NCBI GenBank assembly: GCA_023473405.1
Contig: JAMCZD010000448.1
Span: 1-34,181, forward strand
Length of the DNA stretch: 34,181 nt
Reading direction: 5' to 3'
From: Candidatus Omnitrophota bacterium
GTDB lineage: Bacteria > Verrucomicrobiota > Verrucomicrobiia > Limisphaerales > UBA1319
This document shows positions 9,469-19,303 of the stretch, in pieces. Under the pieces are notes generated by a model, which was not told the DNA's origin, searched no databases, and saw nothing but the letters and a program-made list of their open reading frames with translations. Position 1 is the first letter of the stretch. Each line of letters opens with the position of its first letter. The position numbers and the translations under genes are program-made.

Positions 9469-11667
9469 TCAGGGATGCGAGAGAGCAGGGGAGGCTGCCT
9501 GGGGTGGTTGGTGGATACCCAGGTTGTATGCCTGGAACGCCCAGACATCGGCGGTTTGGGCAATGCGCTTATCGGTGGGCATGTAGCCGTGACTGGTCTT
9601 GGTTTCAACCCGGATGAGCACCGGGTTGTTGCAGCCCTGGTCATGCTGGAGAGCGGCGGCGAACTTGTAGGAGTGGCTCGGCACGACTCGGTCGTCATGG
9701 TCGGCCGTCGTGATAATGGTCGGAGGGTAGCAGACGCCTTTTTTTAGATTGGCCAGGGGCGAGTAGGTATAGAGCCAGTGAAAGGCCTGCTCGTTATCGG
9801 ACGTTCCGTACTCCGGGGCCCAGAGCGCACCGCCCGAGAATCGCTGGTAACGGAGCATGTCCAGGACGCCGGCGCCGGCGTAGGCGGCGCCGAACAGGTC
9901 CGGATGCTGGGTGATGCTCGCGCCGACGAGCAAACCGCCGTTCGAGTAACCCTGGATGCCAAGCCGCCGGGACGAAGTATACTTCCGCGCGATCAGGTAT
10001 TTGGCGCCCCAGGCGAAATCATCAAACACATTCTGCTTGCGGCCGAGCATGCCGGCTTCGTGCCAGGTCTCGCCATAGGTGCCGCCGCCCCGCAAGTTGG
10101 CCACCGCATAAACGCCGCCAAGCTCGAGCCAGACCGGCAGCATCGGGTTGAACCGCGGGGTGATGGTGATGTCAAAACCGCCGTAACCGTAGAGGATGGC
10201 TGGGTTGTTGCCGTCGAGTTTGACGTTCCGGCGGCTTGGCATCCAGGGCGGGATTTGCGTGCCGTCCTTGGAGGGATAGAAGACCTGCTCGAGACTGTAG
10301 GGAGAGGCATCAAAGCGAACCTCGGGTTTGAAGAACACTTGCGTCGCGGCGTGCTCGAGGTCGTGGCGATACACCGATTCGGGGTAGAGGAACGAGGTGA
10401 AACCATAATAAACGGTCGGTGAATCGTTGCGCGAGGAAATGCCGCTGACCGAACCGATCGCCGGCAGAGCGAGTTCGCCCTCGGGTTTGCCTTGGATCGA
10501 GAAGAGCGCAAGCCGGCTCTTGGCGATGATCTGGTAATCCACGAGGATTCGTCCGCCGGCCATCGCCGCGCCCTGAATTACCCCCTCGCCTTCCGGCACC
10601 AGGACGCGCCAGTTGGCGGGATCGTGTTGGTCGAGGCTGGCGGCGACGATGCGGCGCCTGGGCGCATCGAGGGTCGTTTGGATGTAAATGGTAGTTCCGG
10701 CGTGGCCAATCACGCGGTATTCGGCGTCGTTCTTCGTGTAAAGAGGTTGTGGTGTTCCCGAGACGGAGGGTTTGAGGGGGTCACCCAGGTCCAAGTAGAA
10801 GAGTTCGTTTTGAGGCGCGGTGCCGTTTTGGAGATAAACGAAGAGGTAGCGGCCATCCTCGGTAACGCTGCCGCCGATGGTCCACTCCGGCAGGTCCGGA
10901 CGGGCATAGATGAGGGCGTCGGCGCTCTGCTCGGTTCCCAGCCGGTGATAGTAAAGCTTCTGGTCGATGACTCGCTCGGTGATGGCCTGGCCCGCGGGCG
11001 GCTCCGGGTATCGCGAATAGAAGAAGCCTTTGCCGTCCTCGGTCCAGGCAATATCCGAAAATTTCACCCAACGGATAGTGTCCGGCAGGTCCTTGCCGGT
11101 TGCCACATCGCGGATGCGAATGGTGAGCCAGTCCGAGCCACCTTGCGAAAGGTTGTAGGCTAGGTACAGGCCGCGAGGAGAGGATTGGTAGCCCAGCAGT
11201 GCAACTGAACCATCCGGAGAGAGTTTGTTTGGGTCGAGCAGTTCGCGCGGCTCCGCAGAGGGCGAGTCCTGGACGAACACCACCGATTGGTTTTGCAGGC
11301 CGGCATTCCTGCTGAAAAATATCCGACCGCCGCCGACCATCTCAGGCGTGCTCTCGCGCGCATAATTCCAGAGCGTGGTGAGCCGGGCCTTGATCCAGTT
11401 CCGGACCGGTATTTTATCCAGGTAAGCGAACGTGAGCGCGTTTTCCGCCTCGACCCATTGCCGCACCGCCGGGCTGTCAATGTCCTCCATCCACTGGTAG
11501 GGCGCGGGGACCCGGGTGCCGAAATAGGTGTCCACGATGGAATCCCGATGCGCCGGCGGATAATTCAATCTCGAGGAGGTGTCGGGGGCGGGGACTTGCG
11601 CATTGGCGAAGGGCACGGCGGTTACTAAAGCCGAAACCAGCAGGGCTAGAGTGTATAGAGGTCGCAT
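9469..11667 (-). CDS. Secreted prolyl oligopeptidase (S9A)
   Basis: Signal peptide, PYQWMED, WVKFSDIAW, LYGYGGF, NLRGG, catalytic GYSNGG, DHDDRV, SHG. Confidence 0.95.
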   Translation of the reverse strand: MRPLYTLALLVSALVTAVPFANAQVPAPDTSSRLNYPPAHRDSIVDTYFGTRVPAPYQWMEDIDSPAVRQWVEAENALTFAYLDKIPVRNWIKARLTTLWNYARESTPEMVGGGRIFFSRNAGLQNQSVVFVQDSPSAEPRELLDPNKLSPDGSVALLGYQSSPRGLYLAYNLSQGGSDWLTIRIRDVATGKDLPDTIRWVKFSDIAWTEDGKGFFYSRYPEPPAGQAITERVIDQKLYYHRLGTEQSADALIYARPDLPEWTIGGSVTEDGRYLFVYLQNGTAPQNELFYLDLGDPLKPSVSGTPQPLYTKNDAEYRVIGHAGTTIYIQTTLDAPRRRIVAASLDQHDPANWRVLVPEGEGVIQGAAMAGGRILVDYQIIAKSRLALFSIQGKPEGELALPAIGSVSGISSRNDSPTVYYGFTSFLYPESVYRHDLEHAATQVFFKPEVRFDASPYSLEQVFYPSKDGTQIPPWMPSRRNVKLDGNNPAILYGYGGFDITITPRFNPMLPVWLELGGVYAVANLRGGGTYGETWHEAGMLGRKQNVFDDFAWGAKYLIARKYTSSRRLGIQGYSNGGLLVGASITQHPDLFGAAYAGAGVLDMLRYQRFSGGALWAPEYGTSDNEQAFHWLYTYSPLANLKKGVCYPPTIITTADHDDRVVPSHSYKFAAALQHDQGCNNPVLIRVETKTSHGYMPTDKRIAQTADVWAFQAYNLGIHQPPQAASPALSHP
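9950..10248. repeat. Perfect 21-bp inverted repeat within peptidase gene
   Basis: CCCTGGATGCCAAGCCGCCGG at 9950-9970 and its exact reverse complement at 10228-10248. Confidence 0.9.
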
Positions 11668-11698
11668 AGACTATATGGGGAGGTAAGCGGTGGTGGCG

Positions 11699-12988
11699 TT
11701 ATGCTGCCTTGGCGAGGTCGAGGAATACAATGATCGATGGGTTACCGACCGGGATGTAGTGGCCGGTGAAAACCAGCCGGCCGGTGTTGCGGTCCACGCG
11801 GAAAACCGCGATGTTGTCGCCGCGCTGGTTGCAGGAATATAGGAACTGGCTGGTCGGATCGAAGCTAAAGCTCCGTGGATAGTTGCCGCGTGTCCATTCA
11901 TCGCCAACGAATGTCAACTCCCCATTATTACCGACCGAGAATATACCGATGCTGTCATGCAGGCGGTTGCCGGCATAGACGAACCGCCCATCGCCAGATA
12001 CCTTGATCTCGGAGCAGAAATTGCTGCCGGCGAAACCGGGCGGCAGACTGGAGATGGTCTGCCGCGACGCTAGCCGCCCATTCGCGGCGTCATAGTCGAA
12101 TAGAACGATGTTGGAGCCTTCCTCTTGGAGCGAGTAGCACCAACGTCCGTTGGGGTGGAAGAAGAAATGCCGTGGCCCATCACCCGGCGGAAGCGAGACG
12201 GCGTGGGGTTCGTTGGGTATCAGAACGCCGCTGTCCTCGTCAAACTTCCAGACAAAAATCCGGTCCAGCCCCAAATCGACGTGCAATACGAAACGTCCCG
12301 AGGGGTCAGCCTCAATCATGTGCGCATGCGTTCGCTCGTGGCCGCTGAACGCGAAACTACCCGGCGGCGCGTGAGTGGCCTTTTTCGGTCCGACCGCGCC
12401 GCTATCGTGCTTGATATCCGTGGCCGTCCCCAGGCGGCCATCGGGCAGAATCGGCAACACCGCCACGCCGCCGCTAAAATAATTGGCCACCAGCACAAAT
12501 CTTCCCGATGGATGAATGCTCGCATAGGTTGGCCCCGCCCCGCCGGACCGGACGGTGTTGAGCAGGGTCAACTGACCGTCAATACGGTTGATCGCGAAGG
12601 CGCTGACCGTGCCCTGGTTGCCTTCGCCTACCAGGTCCGTCTCATTGGTAGAATACAGGCGGGTGCCGGCGGCATTCAAAGCCAGGCAACTCGGGCTCGT
12701 TCCCAATTCATAGACACCGCTTGGCGTCACGGCCCCGGTGGTGCGGTCCACCTGAAACAGGTGAATGCCGCGACCGTTGCCAGGCGGCAAATCCACCTGG
12801 GTCGGCGGCATATCGCGGAGCGGAGAGCTGTATGTGCCCACATAGGCCATGAGCGGAGCATTTCCTCCGGCCGATTGCGCTTTGACCGCTTCCGCAAAAA
12901 GCGGGGCCCCTCCAGCGAGCACGGCCGACGTTTTTAGAAATGAGCGGCGGGAAACTGCCGGCGAAATTGGACGGACACTAGATTGCAT
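11699..12988 (-). CDS. Tat-exported lactonase family protein (6-phosphogluconolactonase-like beta-propeller)
   Basis: SRRSFLK; YVGTY, VANY, HAH, DLGLD, GPRHFFFHP, GNRLHDSI, YPRSF. Confidence 0.9.
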   Translation of the reverse strand: MQSSVRPISPAVSRRSFLKTSAVLAGGAPLFAEAVKAQSAGGNAPLMAYVGTYSSPLRDMPPTQVDLPPGNGRGIHLFQVDRTTGAVTPSGVYELGTSPSCLALNAAGTRLYSTNETDLVGEGNQGTVSAFAINRIDGQLTLLNTVRSGGAGPTYASIHPSGRFVLVANYFSGGVAVLPILPDGRLGTATDIKHDSGAVGPKKATHAPPGSFAFSGHERTHAHMIEADPSGRFVLHVDLGLDRIFVWKFDEDSGVLIPNEPHAVSLPPGDGPRHFFFHPNGRWCYSLQEEGSNIVLFDYDAANGRLASRQTISSLPPGFAGSNFCSEIKVSGDGRFVYAGNRLHDSIGIFSVGNNGELTFVGDEWTRGNYPRSFSFDPTSQFLYSCNQRGDNIAVFRVDRNTGRLVFTGHYIPVGNPSIIVFLDLAKAA

Positions 12989-13294
12989 AAATTGGGCGAA
13001 TGGTAGAAGAAGGCCGTACCAACGGTCGAGTCAAATCCGCCGCTTATCTCGGGGACCAGCAAAAGCCGCTGCCGGTCTCGCTCATCGGCGAGAACGGCCT
13101 CTGGTTCGTAATCCGCGGTGCAATTTCCTTTTCTTGCAGATATTTCGCGGTTACCATGCCCGCAGATGCACTTGCTCCCCAGACCGCGGGATTGAGCACA
13201 CGCTGCCAAGTGCGATTTTGGCCTGGGGCAAGACGCGAGCGCGGCAACAGAGCGTGCTCTGTCCCACAGCCTGGGGACCAGTACAAATATGGCT

Positions 13295-13456
13295 ATGCGC
13301 GAGTTCTTGATTATCACCAAGACGCTGGCGGACAAGAACCGGGTCCGAATGCTGCCGGCCCTGCGGGGCGGGAAGGTGTGCGTCTGCCATATTACGGAGC
13401 TGTTTGGGCTGGCGCTTGACCCGGTGGAATTGTGCAGGCGGAATTGCGGGAGATGA
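13295..13456 (+). pseudogene. arsR: ArsR repressor with internal deletion of the HTH/wing
   Basis: Not in ORF track. MREFLIITKTLADKNRVRMLPALRGGKVCVCHITELFGLA joined to [13 protein letters not shown]; 53 aa; ATGA overlap with arsC. Confidence 0.75.
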
Positions 13457-13896
13457 AACCAACGGTCCTCATACTCTGCACCGGGAATTCGTGCCGGAGC
13501 CAATTGGCTGAGGGAGTGCTGAGAGCGGCGGCCGGCGAATTGCTGGATGTGCAGAGCGCCGGATCGAGACCGGCCGGTTATGTGCATCCGCTGGCGGTAC
13601 AGGTGATGAACGAGATCGGCATCGATATTTCGGGCCATCGTTCGAAGCACCTGAACGAGCTTTTGCAGCGGCCGGTGGAGACGGTGATCACGGTCTGCGG
13701 CGATGCAGACCAGGCCTGCCCGGCGTTCCCGGGACAGGTGAATCGGCATCACTGGGGATTTGATGATCCGGCGAAGGCCTCTGGAACGGAGCAAGAGAAG
13801 TTGGCGGTGTTCCGGCGTGTGCGCGATGAGATTCGAAAGGTGTTCGAGGCCTACGCAGCCGGAAGGCGAGATCAGTCCATGAGGAATGGCAATTGA
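13453..13896 (+). CDS. arsC: Arsenate reductase, LMW-PTP (thioredoxin) type
   Basis: [46 protein letters not shown]. Confidence 0.92.
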   Translation: MKPTVLILCTGNSCRSQLAEGVLRAAAGELLDVQSAGSRPAGYVHPLAVQVMNEIGIDISGHRSKHLNELLQRPVETVITVCGDADQACPAFPGQVNRHHWGFDDPAKASGTEQEKLAVFRRVRDEIRKVFEAYAAGRRDQSMRNGN

Positions 13897-13963
13897 ACTG
13901 ATAAACTGGCTCGGCTAATAATCGATGGTCGGACCCGGCAAGGCCCGTTTTCTTCGTCCCTGA

Positions 13964-14016
13964 GGAAAACAGGAAGGAAGGAAATGCATCTTACCTCTCT
14001 TTGTTTCCTGTTTCCC
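13964..14016. repeat. Imperfect inverted repeat, possible terminator
   Basis: GGAAAACAGGAA (13964-13975) pairs with TTCCTGTTTCCC (14005-14016); exact complement also at 17435-17446. Confidence 0.45.
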
Positions 14017-14274
14017 CAAGCGATATATGGGGATGAATCGGGGGCTCTCGCGTGGCAATCCGAAATCCCCGGCGGCGCCGAAGCCGGGAAAGGCAAGCAA
14101 GAATATAAGGGACACATATTAACAATTGTTTTGGCTGAAATTTCTTGAAGCCCCGCCGAGAATGCTGTTATCTGCTGCGTATTCAGATCATCAGATATGA
14201 AAAGCCATTATTGAGCTATGCACAAACACACGAGAAGTGAGAATCCGGCATTGAACCTACCGTGGAGCCTAACC

Positions 14275-17142
14275 ATGAAAATAGCGATCCTCATACTATT
14301 ATGCGGCCTGTTCGCGGCGCCATCCATCACAGCCGATGAAACGCTCGATGTCGTCAAGCCTCGGGTGCCGGACAAACTCAGCCGCGTGACGCTGAGCCAA
14401 CGGGAACTCGGCGGGGAAATCGACCGCCGCATCCAGAGCCTGATCTACAAAAACTACATGGTGATCGATCTGGACGACGGGTGGCTCAATCATTTTCTCC
14501 ACCGCACTGACCGCGGCGGCGCGAGCCACGTTTATTATGGCATTGGCAAGGTGTTCGACGCCGGCAGCCTTTTCACCGCCTATACGGGAGACCCGAAAGT
14601 CGCCGCACGCACCCAGTACATCATCGATGAACTGGTGAAATCCCGCGACGCCGACGGCTACATCGGATTCTGGAAGGTCGAGCCGGGAAACCTGCAAGAC
14701 TACATCAATTGGATTCTCCACGAGCAGGAATATATCAACCTTGCGTTCGTGCGGAATTACCGCTGCACGGGCAATCCCGACTCGTTGGCCGACGCGAAAA
14801 TCATGGGCGACTACATCCTCAAGACGTTTCCCACGCCCCAGAATCCATGCTACGACCCGGGCCTGATCTGCACGGCTGGTCTGCCCGAAGGGATGTTGGA
14901 ACTCTACCGCGTGACGGGCGACAAGCGTTACTTCGATTTCGCCGCCAACGTGCCGCACGGGAACAACAGAGGGGAGGTCAAACTTGCCTCCTTGCGGACA
15001 TGGGAGCAGGATTTCAGCCACCCCCCACGCCATGTGTACGTGATGCTCGCGCGCTGCTACGCGCAGACTGAATTGTACCGCCTGACGGGTGAAGACAATC
15101 TCCTGAACATGAGCCGGTTTATGCGAAACGAACTGCTCAAGAAGGGTGAGGGCGGCATGCTGGTCACCGGCTCGTGCTCCGACGGCGAGCAATTCTCCTA
15201 CAACCAGAACGGGCGCGGTGCCATCGGAGAATCGTGCGTTACAGCCTATGTGCTGCGCTGGATCGACAGCCTGATGCGGATGGAGGGGGATATGCGCTAC
15301 GGCGATCTGCTCGAGCGTACCATTTATAACGCCCTGTTCGCCGCCAACTCGCCCGACGGACGCCGAATCTGCTACTTCACCCCGTTTACCGGCCAGCGCC
15401 AGTTCCAGACAATCGATACGTTCTGCTGCAACGGGAATTATCGCCGAGCCGTGGCTGAATTGCCGCAGAAGGTGTATTACCGGACACCGGAGGGCGGAAT
15501 CGCGTTGAATCTGTTCACCCGTTCGAAGAAGGCCTTCGACGTGAAAAGCCAGACTGTCACAATTCTCCAGGAAACCGCCTACCCGAACGACGGCGACGTT
15601 AAGCTGACGTTTTCCACCCCGAGTCCCGTGGCGTTCCCCTTTCAGTTCCGCACACCGCGATGGTGCGAAACAATCACGCTGCGGGTGAACGACGAGGCGC
15701 CGGTGACGATCAACCCGCTGGGGCAGAAACTTGGGTGTTACGTGTTGAACCGGACATGGAAAGAGGGCGATGTGGTGAAGATTTCGATGCCTATGGAGTG
15801 GCGGTTCCTGCGCGGTCGGGCGGTCCAGGATGGCCATGTGGCGCTCTTGCGCGGCCCGGTGGTGTTTTCGGTTGGCAAAGCTCAAAACGCCGCACTGCTC
15901 GCCGAGTGCCCCGAACCGCGGAACCTCGTCATCGATCCGGCATCCATCGCCGAACCGGTGAGAGATGATTCGATTCGCCCGAACGGTCTGAAAGCCCTCG
16001 CCAAGGCTTGGCTGAATCCGGAATGCACCGGCGAAAAGGTGGATGTGATTCTCACAGAATTTATCGATCCCAGCAGTCAGGATGTGTATTTCCGCGTGCC
16101 GACAATTGAGGACACGGCGCCTGTGCGGTTGACAGACGACGAAATCGTGTCCTGGCCGAACGAGTTCGTTAATGCACACGTGCTGAAGGCGTTGTACGGG
16201 CCGAAGGCGGATGGCGATCTTAAAGCGATGTTCGAGGTCCGGGGCGATGTCGTCGCGGATTTGGCGGCCGATTACGTCAACCCGGGCGGCAAAACCGGTG
16301 TGAAAGCGGATTTTCCCGACGCTACGGGCGGGCGCTGGGCGTTTTACAACTGCAAGAACGGTGGGCTGTTGTCTACCGCTGCCGCCGGCGAGGTGAAGCC
16401 GCTGAACTCGCAATTCAAGGCGTTTGGCTCGCCGCTGGGTTACGCCTATGGGCTGGAAAACCAGGACGATGAACTCGGTTTCGTGTCGAACTACGCCCCC
16501 AGCGACCGGCAAGAGGACTCGTGGCGGAGGCATTACACCGAACAAATGTTCGACCAGGTGCTGTCCGCTCCCGAGCGGAAGAATTTCCTCTACACGCACC
16601 CGATTTCCGATACGGCGTGCTACAACGTTTTCCGCTGGACGCCCTCGTCCGACGTGCAAAAAAAGGACGTCACCCTGTGCGGTACGCTGTTCTCGGACCT
16701 GGGCAACGGCGTCCAAGTCCGCGTCATCCGCTGGAACGACGACACACGGCACGATGTCCTCGGCACCTTCAACACCAGCGATTTGACGGTCGGCAAATGC
16801 GGTACCGCTGAGTTTATCTTGCGATTGCCGTCCGGCAAGGTTGGCCAACACCTGGACTTCGTCCTGGACAACGCCGGCTCCCACAACGGCGATGCAACGG
16901 CCTTGAAAATCCGGGCATACACCAACGTGCGGACCGCTGCCCAAACCGACGTGACGGAAAAGGTCCAGGCGAAATACCACAACCGCCTCGTGACGTCCCT
17001 AGGTTCCTACTCCGACCTGTTCGGCGAGGGTGCACCCGGTGTGGAGAAGACGCTGAAGGTCAAGGTGGACTACTGGCTGGACGGTGTGGTGAAATACCTT
17101 GAATTCCCGCAGAACTCGGCCCTGGATTTGACCGAAGAATAG
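14275..17142 (+). CDS. GH127/GH146-like beta-L-arabinofuranosidase with C-terminal accessory domains
   Basis: GGAG then MKIAILILL signal peptide; DADGYIG, GEQF, ESC, LERTIYNAL, FCCNGN, TAYP, LLRGPVVF. Confidence 0.85.
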   Translation: MKIAILILLCGLFAAPSITADETLDVVKPRVPDKLSRVTLSQRELGGEIDRRIQSLIYKNYMVIDLDDGWLNHFLHRTDRGGASHVYYGIGKVFDAGSLFTAYTGDPKVAARTQYIIDELVKSRDADGYIGFWKVEPGNLQDYINWILHEQEYINLAFVRNYRCTGNPDSLADAKIMGDYILKTFPTPQNPCYDPGLICTAGLPEGMLELYRVTGDKRYFDFAANVPHGNNRGEVKLASLRTWEQDFSHPPRHVYVMLARCYAQTELYRLTGEDNLLNMSRFMRNELLKKGEGGMLVTGSCSDGEQFSYNQNGRGAIGESCVTAYVLRWIDSLMRMEGDMRYGDLLERTIYNALFAANSPDGRRICYFTPFTGQRQFQTIDTFCCNGNYRRAVAELPQKVYYRTPEGGIALNLFTRSKKAFDVKSQTVTILQETAYPNDGDVKLTFSTPSPVAFPFQFRTPRWCETITLRVNDEAPVTINPLGQKLGCYVLNRTWKEGDVVKISMPMEWRFLRGRAVQDGHVALLRGPVVFSVGKAQNAALLAECPEPRNLVIDPASIAEPVRDDSIRPNGLKALAKAWLNPECTGEKVDVILTEFIDPSSQDVYFRVPTIEDTAPVRLTDDEIVSWPNEFVNAHVLKALYGPKADGDLKAMFEVRGDVVADLAADYVNPGGKTGVKADFPDATGGRWAFYNCKNGGLLSTAAAGEVKPLNSQFKAFGSPLGYAYGLENQDDELGFVSNYAPSDRQEDSWRRHYTEQMFDQVLSAPERKNFLYTHPISDTACYNVFRWTPSSDVQKKDVTLCGTLFSDLGNGVQVRVIRWNDDTRHDVLGTFNTSDLTVGKCGTAEFILRLPSGKVGQHLDFVLDNAGSHNGDATALKIRAYTNVRTAAQTDVTEKVQAKYHNRLVTSLGSYSDLFGEGAPGVEKTLKVKVDYWLDGVVKYLEFPQNSALDLTEE

Positions 17143-17169
17143 CACGCCGCAGCTGGGAATCCCCGCACA

Positions 17170-17557
17170 GGAATGGGGACAGAGGAATTTGGGAATATCA
17201 GCAGTCAGGAGTCAGCAGTCAGAGGTCAGAAGACTGGGGAACGGACGATGACAGTGCTTTCTTCGTGATCTTCGTTAGCTTCTGTTTTTTCTTTTCAATC
17301 CGCGTGATCCGTGAAATCCGTGGTTGATTAGGGTAAGGGGGAGAGACGGGGGTCAGGAGTCAGCGGTCAGTGGTCTTGTAGTCCAGGGGGAAAGGGTCGA
17401 TTAGCGTTTATTAGCGTCCATTAGCGGTTTTTCTTTCCTGTTTTCCCGCCTTCCTTAGCGGTACGTTTTTAACAACGGATGACAGAGGAATCTACCGGCT
17501 TTATTCCCTTGTCCCCATTCCTTTGTAATAATTCTTCTATCATAATTCCTCTGTCCC
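17170..17557. repeat. Intergenic mosaic of short-period tandem repeats inside an inverted-repeat pair
   Basis: 7-bp TCAGnnG x5 (17198-17232) and again 17351-17375; 9-bp CTTCGT x3; 9-bp ATCCG x3; 10-bp ATTAGCG x3; GGAATGGGGACAGAGGAAT mirrored near 17503 and 17545. Confidence 0.8.
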
Positions 17558-17770
17558 GATTCGGGTACCGGGGGTTGTGCGGCGAGACCGGCGTCGGTAT
17601 GATGTCCGCATGAAGTTCCAGGAAATTGGGCGGGAAGCCTTAGGATTGAGCAAGAGCGAGCGGGCGGAAGGATCATGCTCTTGTTCAGTGCGACGTCGGC
17701 GGGGAACATCGGTTGCTTTCATTGTTGAACCAAAGTGCCGCCAAACAACAATCAACCAAAACGATCTCAC

Positions 17771-19279
17771 ATGAAAAACATCCTGCAATTATTGCTTGTC
17801 GGTCTGTTCGCTTTCAGCCTGCATGCCGCTGTGCCGGCAAAGAAGCCCAACATTATTTTCATTCTCGCCGATGATTTGGGCTATGGCGACATTGGGCCGT
17901 TCGGACAGAAGATCATCCACACGCCCACGCTAGATCAACTCGCCCGCGAGGGCATGAAGTTCACGCAGCATTACGCCGGAAATCCGGTGTGCGCACCCTC
18001 GCGTTGCGAGTTCATTACGGGTCGGCATCCGGGTCATGGGTATGTCCGCAACAACCATGAAATCGGCTCCTGGTATTCATTTCAAGGCCAGCTTCCGCTG
18101 CCGGTTACCGAGCCAAGCATCGCCGGGGCATTGAAATCAGCCGGCTATGTGACAGGCGCTTTTGGCAAGTGGGGACTCGGCGGCGGCGGTTCGCCGGGGG
18201 ATCCGCTCAAGCACGGTTTTGACCAATTCTTCGGATTCAACTGCCAGCGGCATGCGCACAATTATTATCCGCAATACCTGGATGAAGATGAGGGCAAGTT
18301 TATATTGACCGGCAACGGGAACGTCTCCGAAAAGGGAGACTTGTCGCTTAGCCCCGGCGCGGACCCGAACGATTCGGCCAGCTATGCCCGTTTCATCGGG
18401 CAACAGTATGCGCCGGATTTATGCCGTGAACGGGCGCTCAAATTCATCCGTGATAACCAGGACACACCGTTTTTTCTTTATTATCCGACGACGGTGCCCC
18501 ACCTGGCATTGCAGGTGCCGAAGGATTCGCTCGAAGAATACCGGGGCAAACTCGATGACCGGCCTTACGTTGGCGGAAACTGGTATCTGCCGCAACAATA
18601 CCCTCACGCTGCCTATGCGGCGATGGTTACGCGCATGGACCGTGACATCGGGAAAATGGTGCGATTGGTGAAGAGTCTTGGGCTTGAAGAGAACACAATC
18701 TTCATTTTCACCTCCGATAACGGCGCTGTGTTTCCGTTGTCCGGCTTCGATCCTGTCTTCTTCCATTCCACCGGTGAGCTTCGCGGCTACAAGGGAGACG
18801 TTTATGAAGGGGGCATCCGGGTGCCGCTCATTGTGAGATGGAAGGGGCATATTCCCGCCGGCACGACCTCAACTTTTGTATCCGGTTTCGAGGACTGGTT
18901 TCCAACCTTGCTGGAGTTGGCCGGTGCGTCAAACAAGGTGCCGAAAGGCCTGGATGGGGTCAGCCTGGTCCCTACTTTGCTCGGCGGTACACAACCGCCA
19001 CGCCCGTTCCTGTATCGTGAATTTCCCGGTGGCGGCGGGCAGTTGGCGATGCGCGTCGGCGATTGGAAACTGGTCAGGCAACACCTGATTGGCACGCCAA
19101 AGAAACCGGCCTCACCAACCACCGAGCTTTACAATCTCGCCACCGATCCGTCCGAAAAAGACAATGTCGCCCAGGCGAACCCGGAGAGGGTTGCGGAACT
19201 TGAAAAACGGGTGGCAGAGCAGCACATACCCTCGAAAGAATTCCCGTTCCCGTTGATCGACAAACCCCCGGTGCAATGA
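17771..19279 (+). CDS. Secreted S1 sulfatase (Cys type)
   Basis: Signal peptide; KPNIIFILADDLGYGD, CAPSR, GKWGLG, FTSDNG, YEGGIRVP, ELYNLATDPSE. Confidence 0.95.
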   Translation: MKNILQLLLVGLFAFSLHAAVPAKKPNIIFILADDLGYGDIGPFGQKIIHTPTLDQLAREGMKFTQHYAGNPVCAPSRCEFITGRHPGHGYVRNNHEIGSWYSFQGQLPLPVTEPSIAGALKSAGYVTGAFGKWGLGGGGSPGDPLKHGFDQFFGFNCQRHAHNYYPQYLDEDEGKFILTGNGNVSEKGDLSLSPGADPNDSASYARFIGQQYAPDLCRERALKFIRDNQDTPFFLYYPTTVPHLALQVPKDSLEEYRGKLDDRPYVGGNWYLPQQYPHAAYAAMVTRMDRDIGKMVRLVKSLGLEENTIFIFTSDNGAVFPLSGFDPVFFHSTGELRGYKGDVYEGGIRVPLIVRWKGHIPAGTTSTFVSGFEDWFPTLLELAGASNKVPKGLDGVSLVPTLLGGTQPPRPFLYREFPGGGGQLAMRVGDWKLVRQHLIGTPKKPASPTTELYNLATDPSEKDNVAQANPERVAELEKRVAEQHIPSKEFPFPLIDKPPVQ

Positions 19280-19303
19280 CGCAGGCTCAATGTCAGCCTT
19301 TGG

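Noticed and set aside
9287-9469. N-terminal extension of DUF2961 ORF overlapping the peptidase stop
   Set aside because: Non-protein-like; another frame holds a C_GCAxxG remnant and the signal-like segment lies downstream.
9950-10248. DGR template/variable repeat pair
   Set aside because: Only 21 bp, inverted, no adenine-specific mismatches, no reverse transcriptase.
13000-13419. 139-aa plus-strand ORF
   Set aside because: No recognisable motif; overlaps the arsR remnant out of frame.
14299-16980. 893-aa minus-strand ORF
   Set aside because: Antisense shadow of the GH127 gene; no motifs; expected at high GC.
17198-17430. Possible CRISPR array
   Set aside because: Units are 7-10 bp, contiguous, without spacers; no cas genes.
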